The notes below the pieces were generated by a model. The model worked only from the letters and a program-made list of their open reading frames with translations, searched no databases and was not told the DNA's origin. This document shows, in pieces, positions 55,667 through 64,000 of a stretch of DNA of 64,000 nt (within the stretch, counting starts at the first letter, position 1; every line of letters begins with the position of its first letter). Source of the stretch: Chrysomallon squamiferum (lineage: Eukaryota; Animalia; Mollusca); NCBI GenBank assembly GCA_012295275.1, contig CM022675.1, forward strand, positions 7,192,001 to 7,256,000. Direction: 5' to 3'. Position numbers and translations under genes: made by a program.

Positions 55667-56522
55667 TAAAATGATAAATAATCGGAATAAGAGTGACAGT
55701 AATTCTAACAACAGTTTTGACATTTATTGCACATTTAAAAAGATTAACTAAAGAATTTATAAAATGACAGTATAATACTGTGTCTTGTACCTTCTCCAGA
55801 TGGGGTAGCCATTTTGTTTTTGTCATTATCTCCCCTTGATGTGATCTCCTGTGTTTTTATTGGGTTTCCTTTTCAAGTGTCATCTTTTTCAGTCTGATTG
55901 CTTCAGAGTTTAATGAATGTTTTGGGTTTTTAAAAAAAAAAAAAATTGAAAGCTAAATTGATAGAAACTGGAAGAATATGTGTTATTGGCAATATTTGAA
56001 AGAAATTTTATTTATAGCAATATTAGGAACAATAGATAGTAATCTACTGGTGATAGTAATAATAGAAATACTAGCATTAGCAGTTTTAGTAGTAGTAATA
56101 ATAATAGTAAGGTTATAGATGTAATAGTAATTATAAAAGTAGTACTATGGTATTTGCTGCTGTAGTAGTAGTAGTAATAGTAGATGTAGTAGTAGCAGCA
56201 GTAGTGGTATCAGTTACAATGATAAAAATTAATACACATACATACACACACCAGTACACATTTACACACAGATACACACACACACATACATAAGCACACA
56301 TACAGATACACACACACAAACACACATATATATATATAAACAAATACACACACACACACATAAACACATATAAACATATACACATACACATAAACATACA
56401 CTTATACATACACACACAACACACACACACACACACATACATGTCTTTCCACAACATACATTCTATTTATTAAAACGATCAACAAACTATTTTTCATGGC
56501 AGAAAAAAAATAATTAAAAAAA

Positions 56523-56558
<36 letters not shown>

Positions 56559-57302
56559 AAATAAAATAAAATAAAATAAAATAAATAAACCACAGATAAA
56601 GAAGAAAAAAAATTCAAATCTCCAACAAGATTATACCTGATATTAACAACCCAGATAATCCTATCAGTCAAAATAACAGTCACTCTATTGTGTGTGAATT
56701 AAATCTCGTATATCCCTTCAGCATATAACATAGATATGTATCTACTCTGTCAAATCAAGAAATTCCCTTTGTCAGGAATTTATAAAAAGAATATATTCAT
56801 TAATATATGAATTAAACCTTTTTTTCTCTCCTTTTGTCAGTTTTTTTTTTTTTTTTCTTTGAATGAAATCTGCTGAGCAGACAATAACTGTCATTAACAA
56901 ATAATAGAGATTTTGTAGTATGTAATAAACTAGATATGTCCCAGCTTGTTTTAAAACTTGCTGTAACACCTGTAACAGTATATGTAAATAACAGGTGGGT
57001 CAGACAAAGTGTACAGGTGTGCTAGTGTGTATATATATATATGAAACATGTATAACTTTGTAGATGTAAATATGACATTGTGCTTATTAATGGGATTTTC
57101 TTCCTCTTTTTTTTTCATTGTTTTTTATTTAATTTTTTTTTTTTTTTGTGTGTGTGTGTGTGTTATGCTGATTTTGGATAAAACAAATTAAAAATAAAAT
57201 AAATAGACAAAAGTTTCAAATAACAGCGTTAAGAAAACTACATCAATAACAACAATAATGACAAATAATAATTTTTTTGTTACCATTATAACATCAACAG
57301 CA

Positions 57303-57349
<47 letters not shown>

Positions 57350-57831
57350 ATTATCACCAGAATCAGCCACTATTACTACTACTACTACTACTACTTAATA
57401 ATGGTGATGATCTCAAATTATTATTACTACTATTACTACTTTTGCTAACACTTCTACTATCATTACCACTACTTCTGTTTCTTCTACTACTACTACTACT
57501 ACTAGCTCAGTTACTGTAACAACAACTACTATCACTATCACAACTACTACTACTTCTACTACTTGAACTGTTCCTGCTGCCACCACCACTACTACTACTA
57601 TGACCACAATCATCACTTCAGCTACTTCATTTTATTATGACATAATCACAAAACTATAAACTCAGATTTTATTTTTAAAATTCTGAATGGCAACAATAAT
57701 ATTTTTGAAATTCAAGAAACCATAACCGAAGTGGCAATAAAAAAGCTCTTATTGGATAATAAAAATGTTTATTTGGCTTCCTCGTATGTAATGGCTTAAC
57801 TCTCATATAATTTTTTTTACAGTCAGTTGGC

Positions 57832-58233
57832 AGAGTGGCTCTCCTCTCATAGATAATGTATTAACTCAGAGAGTGGCTCTCCTCTCATAGATAATGTATT
57901 AACTCAGAGAGTGGCTCTCCTCTCATAGATAATGTATTAAAGTCAGAGAGTGGCTCTCCTCTCATAGATAATGTATTAACTCAGAGAGTGGCTCTCCTCT
58001 CATAGATAATGTATTAACTCAGAGAGTGGCTCTCCTCTCATAGATAATGTATTAACTCAGAGAGTGGCTCTCCTCTCATAGATAATGTATTAAAGTCAGA
58101 GTGGCTCTCCTCTCATAGATAATGTATTAACTCAGAGAGTGGCTCTCCTCTTATAGATAATGTATTAAAGTCAGAGAGTGGCTCTCCTCTCATAGATAAT
58201 GTATTAAAGTCAGAGAGTGGCTCTCCTCTTATA
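57832..58233. repeat. Near-perfect 38/39-bp minisatellite (AGAGTGGCTCTCCTCTCATAGATAATGTATTAA[C/AG]TCAG)
   Basis: About 10.5 head-to-tail copies with no spacers. Confidence 0.97.
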
Positions 58234-58555
58234 GCATTTTAGTTTTTTGTGTCTTTTCATTTTAAAATAAATTTATTATTATTTTTTGTGTCTTTTCATT
58301 TTAAAATAAATTTATTATTATTATTTGTTTCTTTTTAATATAACTGGTATCTCTCTCTCTCTCTCCTGCTCCCTCTTTCATACATAAATACAATGTTTTA
58401 CACTTAACAGCTATCATAAGGAAATTTAGGTCAAATGTTTTACTTTGTATTTTTCATTGTGGAATGTAAATAACATATTTGTCACATCTGGATGAATTCC
58501 TCCCCCCCCCCGAAAATAAAAATATAATGTATTGTTCATTTGTGTGTGCGTATAA

Positions 58556-58595
58556 TGTATGTATGTATGTATGTATGTGTGTGTGTGTGTATGTA

Positions 58596-58630
<35 letters not shown>

Positions 58631-58776
58631 ATGATGTATGTATGTATGTATGTATGTATGTATGTATGTGTCTGTGTATGTATGTATGTATGTATGTCTG
58701 TGTATGTATGTATGTATGTATGTATATGTCTGTGTGTGTATGTATGTATGTATGTATGTATGTATGTATGTATGTA

Positions 58777-58830
<54 letters not shown>
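58556..58830. repeat. (TATG)n/(TG)n compound microsatellite
   Basis: Visible directly in the sequence. Confidence 0.95.
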
Positions 58831-58833
<3 letters not shown>

Positions 58834-58836
58834 TTG

Positions 58837-59106
58837 CAGTGGTGTGCAAAGGTTTGATGATGCCTGAGGCCAACTCCTTGATTGTTTGCCCCAAAGACTC
58901 AAGTGTGAGGCCTAGTACTGAGAAATATTATGAGAAAGAAAGACATTTTGAATATGTAAACACTGGTGAAACATAAAATAAAAACTTTAGTGAATTTAAA
59001 TATAAATCAACCACATTTATTAAGTTCTTTTATATCTGATTCAATGCCCCCCCCCATTTGGATGCCTGGGGCCACCACCCCTTTGCCCCCCCTCTGCATG
59101 CCATTG
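58837..59106. mobile_element. Non-autonomous DNA transposon (hAT-like MITE, ~270 bp)
   Basis: Imperfect TIRs: CAGTGGTGTGCAAAGG versus the reverse complement of the right end, CAATGGCATGCAGAGG (12/16). Subterminal direct repeat GATGCCTGRGGCCA at about 58859 and 59061. No TSD is recognisable. Confidence 0.6.
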
Positions 59107-59121
59107 ATAGGTATATATGTG

Positions 59122-59154
<33 letters not shown>

Positions 59155-60021
59155 ATATATTGGTATATGTGTATTTATGCATGTGCAAATGTATGCATGA
59201 ATATATATATATGTATTTGTAAATTGAATTTCATGAATTTGCATATGATGAAAGTGAATTTATTATTGTTTCTATTGTAACAAAATACTTTTTAAGAAAA
59301 AAATATTGAACTGAATTTTATTGTACTATTAAATTAAAATAAATAAATATTTAAATAGATATGTAAATAAATAAAAAATAAAAAATAAGATCAATATATG
59401 AATAATTCAAATAAATAAACAAATAAGTAAATAAATAAATAAACAAACAAATAAATAAACAAACAAATAAACAAATAAATAAATATGCAAATAAAATAAT
59501 ATTCACTGTCTCTTTACTCATTTCATTTACATTTTAAAAGTAATGTAAGAACATAAAACATCCATCCATCCATCCATACATCTATCGAATCATCCATCCT
59601 GAGAGACATACTGACAGACAGACTGACAGAGACTGTTTCATGTCTGTACCATCCACTCTTCTGTGTCACTGTCTGTCTGGTACAAGCTAACAAAAAAGAG
59701 ACTTAGAAAAAATCGCCCATCACGTACAGGTAAAAAATCTCTTTGATGTCTGTGTGAGTCAATTAACTCTCAGGTGTTTTTGTGTGTACTGCACACCTTG
59801 ATTGTCACAGATCTGACTCTAGGATACCAGGTATATTTGGTGAACAGGTATAGATATATATATGTATATATATTTTTTTAAATTTTCTTTAAAGAAAGAA
59901 ATAAATAAATAAAAAGGAGGGTTTAATGAGAAATTTGTAGTTACAAAGTTTGTTGTGATTATTTTGAAAATGGTTTGAAAAAACCTACAAAAACAAACAA
60001 AAAAATTATATGTAGTATCAA

Positions 60022-60330
60022 GTGTGTGTGTGTGGATGTGTGTGTGTGCATGTGTGTGTGTGTATGTGCGTGTGTGCATGTATGTGTGTGTGCATGTGTG
60101 TGTGTATGTGTATGTGTGTGTGCATGTGTGTGTGCATGTGTGTGTATGTGCATGTGTGCATGTATGTGTGCATGTGTATGTGTGTGTGTGCATGTGTGTA
60201 TGTGTGTGTGCATATGTATGTATGTGTGTGTGTGCATGTGTGTGTATGTGCATGTCTGCATGTATGTGTGTGTGCATGTGTTTGTGTATGTGTGTGTGTG
60301 CATGTGTGTGTGCATATGTATGTGTACCTG
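60022..60330. repeat. (TG)n interrupted by CATG/TATG
   Basis: Visible directly in the sequence. Confidence 0.95.
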
Positions 60331-61064
60331 AGTGTGTGTCTCTATGTATACATGTATATATATATATGAATTTATATGTGTGTGTATATATATGTACGTC
60401 TGTATGTATGCATGTTCATATGAATGTAGATATTGTGTTTGTATGTATTACAAGTTTATGTATTTCTGTACATATATCTAAATGTTTGTATGTATGTATG
60501 TATGTATGTACATATGTATGAATGTGTACCAGTATGTTTTTAGATACAGAGACTGACGAAGAGGTAGACAGACAAACAGATGGACGCACTAACTGACTCA
60601 TTCACTCTAAAACAAACAAAACAGAGACAACAAAGAAGATGAGAGAACAATCAATTATTTTTAATTATTTAAATTTTCAAACACCTGATTCATATGTTAT
60701 CACTGCACACTGAAAATCTTTCCTCAAACATTCTCTGCCAGTTTCCCTGTCTGGTTTTCAAACCACGGATTAATCCCTTCAAAGGCTGGATTGAGTGGGT
60801 GGATTTCAGTGTTTGACATCTGGATTAAAAGGGATTTAGGCTGTCAAGGCCACTGTGAACTGAAGTCAGGGCTGATGGCTGTTTTAAGCACTTTGAAGAT
60901 AATTTTTTTGACGGGTAATTAAAACTTGTTATGAGATGACCTGTCAGTTGATAATATATGATATGACATGGTGTGTGATAGATTATGTAAATATGTGTCT
61001 GGTGTGTGTGTGTGTGTGTGTTTGATACAGTGATATATAATGTCAAATAGTTTCTATATTTTAT

Positions 61065-61161
61065 ATATGTATGTATCTATGTATGTATGTATGCATGTAT
61101 GTAAATATGTATGTATGTATGTATATATGTAAGCATGTATGTATGTATGTATGTATGTATG

Positions 61162-61192
<31 letters not shown>

Positions 61193-61275
61193 GCATGTGT
61201 GTATGTATGTATGTATGTAAGCATGTATGTATGTATGTATGTAGATATGTGTAATGTATGTATGTATGTATGTAC
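61065..61275. repeat. (TATG)n microsatellite
   Basis: Visible directly in the sequence. Confidence 0.95.
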
Positions 61276-62503
61276 GTATATAGTTGTATTTATATATTAA
61301 TAAATAAAATAATAATGTAGATTACTAATCAAACATTCTGAAGGATAATAAAATTAATATCCGACGTATATTAATATAAAAATATATTTATATCTCTGCG
61401 TGTGATAATAAATACATTAACATCATCAAACAGTTAATATTCCATCTACAAATTGCTCTAAATTTTATTCCGGTGATAAAAATTGATTCATTTTTGTCTG
61501 AGCTATAAGAACAATTAAATTATCTTACTTCTGTGTGATTTCCACTGTCAGGGGAGTTAACTCTATCACTGAGTAATGTGATTGGTTAATAAGAGATTGG
61601 TCAGTGTACTGGTCAGTGTACTGGTCAGTTAAAAGCTTGTCATGTTTTATTAGCTATGAAATTAAAAAGCTTGTATTAACTGGATGTGTGTTGTGTATCT
61701 CTTGTTTTTCATCACTGTCTGTTTTATATGGATAAGATTTTTGTTAAATTTTTCAAATAGTTTTTGTTCTTTGTTTTTTTCTTTTTTTTTTTTTTTATTT
61801 ATTATTATTTTTTTTTTGTTGTTGTTGTTTTGTTTTGTTTGTGTGGGTGTGGGTGTGGTTTTTATTGTTTTGTTATTTATTATTTAATTTTTGTTTTTAA
61901 TTTAATTCATTGATAGTTTATTTTTCATTTTTTTCTTTCATTCTTTCTTCATCTTTTTTTTTTTTATTTATTTTTCAATCTTTCTTCTTCATTCTTTCTA
62001 TTTTATTCTTCCTTTATTTCCTTCTTTCTATTCTGTCCTTTCCATCCTTCTTTGTTTTATTTTTTATGTCTCATTTTTCCTTTTTTATTCTTTCCTTCTT
62101 TCCATCTTTACCATTATATTCTTTTTCTTTCTATTTTATTCTTCCTTGTCTCTTCCTTCATTTTTTTATTCCTTTCTTCCTAATTCCTAACATCTGGAAG
62201 TTTGATTATTTTTGTAATCTCTGTTTTATGGTGATTTTTTTTTAATTCAAATTACTTTCAAAATAAAACTGAATTCTTCTTTTGAAAAGACTATAAATAT
62301 TTTATTTTCTGTTTATAATTCAAATTCTTTATTTAAAATCACCAAGATAAATTCAATATTGTCTTCACAATATGCACGAAAAAGTCGCAATGAAAATTCA
62401 ATAAATATTTTAAAATCTTATAACAAGAAAAGAAATGACTGCTTCCATACATAAATCATTCATGCAAAGGAGATGAGTGAAGGGTTTATTATTATTATTA
62501 TTA

Positions 62504-62535
<32 letters not shown>

Positions 62536-63018
62536 TTTTTTTTATTATTATTTAAATTTATTTTTTCAAAAAATTCAGAATCTAAATTTTAAGACAATAA
62601 AAGTATCTCTCTTTCTCTTGAACGAGTGTTAAAAATGAATATTTTGATATATATTTTTAAAATTATTTTACATTTGTCAAAATATCCGTTTAACATCTTT
62701 TTATGTATAATTTTACTTTAATAAATAATAGGGTTGTAGATATAATAGCAATTATAAAAACAGTAGCAACGGTGCTTGCAGTTGTGGTAGCAGTAGCAAT
62801 AGTATGAGCAGTAGTAGTGGTAGTAATGATAGTCAATGTTGTAGTGGTAGTAGCAGTCTTAAAAAAAAATGAATACACATACAGATATAAGCCATAAACA
62901 TACAGATATACTTATAAACACATGTACATACAGACACATACATACACAAAAAAACATACACATATATATATAGATTAAAATTACTGTAGAATCTCTCTTA
63001 CTCTCTCTCTCTCTCTCT

Positions 63019-63118
<100 letters not shown>

Positions 63119-63447
63119 ATGTATAATTCAAAAGTTCAAAAACTACATTTTCTTCTAAAGCACCACGCAGTCACTGTTTTCACTAACTTAAAGTGTCTTT
63201 TGTTGAAAGTGGTCACACAGAAAGTGCTTTTCCTTCTGGTTAAAAACCAAAGATACCAGGTGAGCAGTAAATAATAATTACCTCCCCTGAGACCACATGC
63301 AGACTCCCCCTTATCTTAATCACCTCCACCAGAGACCCCCAAGGTATCCTGCTGATGATCCCCCACCCCCACAGCCCTTCCCCTGGACCTCTCAAATCTT
63401 TCCTACAAAGTTGTTTGATATTCCAGTTTGATTTCATTTCCACAGTG

Positions 63448-63478
<31 letters not shown>

Positions 63479-63720
63479 CTCTCTCTCTTGCTTTCTATCT
63501 TTGTTTGTTCCTATCAAAGTGACAGTTATTGCTGCATTTTACAACCCTTCGCTGCCCTTTGACCTCCTCTGACCCTCCTCCCCTGGGGTTCGTCTGAATC
63601 CAGCTGTACCATTGCACCTGTTTTGTATTAAGTGTAATGAACAGAAATTAGCTGTGGAGATAAATATCCCATCTTTATTAACTTTACAAACGCTGTCACT
63701 GGTTCCAGTTTTTTTTCGTT

Positions 63721-63756
<36 letters not shown>

Positions 63757-63964
63757 CTTTTATTTTTTTTATATGATGGTGGAAGTAGTGAAGCCTTTTT
63801 TACTTGCTTATATAAAAAAGAATTAAATGAAATTTAAAATTCATGCTTAATAACAGCTTTCAAAAATGCCACTGTGTGTGGGAAGGCTGATATTAAAGAT
63901 TACTTACTGCTAACTGATAACAGGAGTTAATGGACTGTTTAGCATCTGATTTCCTTTCTGGAAA

Positions 63965-63995
<31 letters not shown>

Positions 63996-64000
63996 GTTAT

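Noticed and set aside
57832-58233. 38-bp repeat with a short GAGAG-TGG-CTCTC hairpin as a CRISPR array
   Set aside because: Units are head-to-tail with no unique spacers, there are no cas genes, and the context is eukaryotic
63240-63443. GC-richer block with a 67-aa minus-strand ORF as an exon
   Set aside because: No recognisable protein and no convincing splice-site pair on either strand

Overview
This is very AT-rich, CpG-poor eukaryotic DNA packed with microsatellites and minisatellites. It is probably molluscan (gastropod-like), inferred only from remnants resembling MetaSINEs. The window reads as intronic/5' sequence of one large + strand gene. The only convincing coding sequence is a GC/CpG-rich exon of about 2.2 kb (acceptor AG 42280-42281, ATG 42411, donor GTGAGT 44452). 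It encodes a roughly 680-aa, probably N-myristoylated, disordered N-terminal region. In this sequence it is broken by three -1 frame changes, each repairable by adding one G, most likely long-read consensus errors. The rest contains candidate alternative promoters and small first exons, SINE and MITE remnants, many tandem arrays (one apparently built from a SINE head), and dense islands of CAGGTR motifs. Almost all ORFs in the supplied track are microsatellite artefacts. I found no CRISPR array, RNA gene or demonstrably new system. Motif counts and coordinates were read by eye and are approximate.
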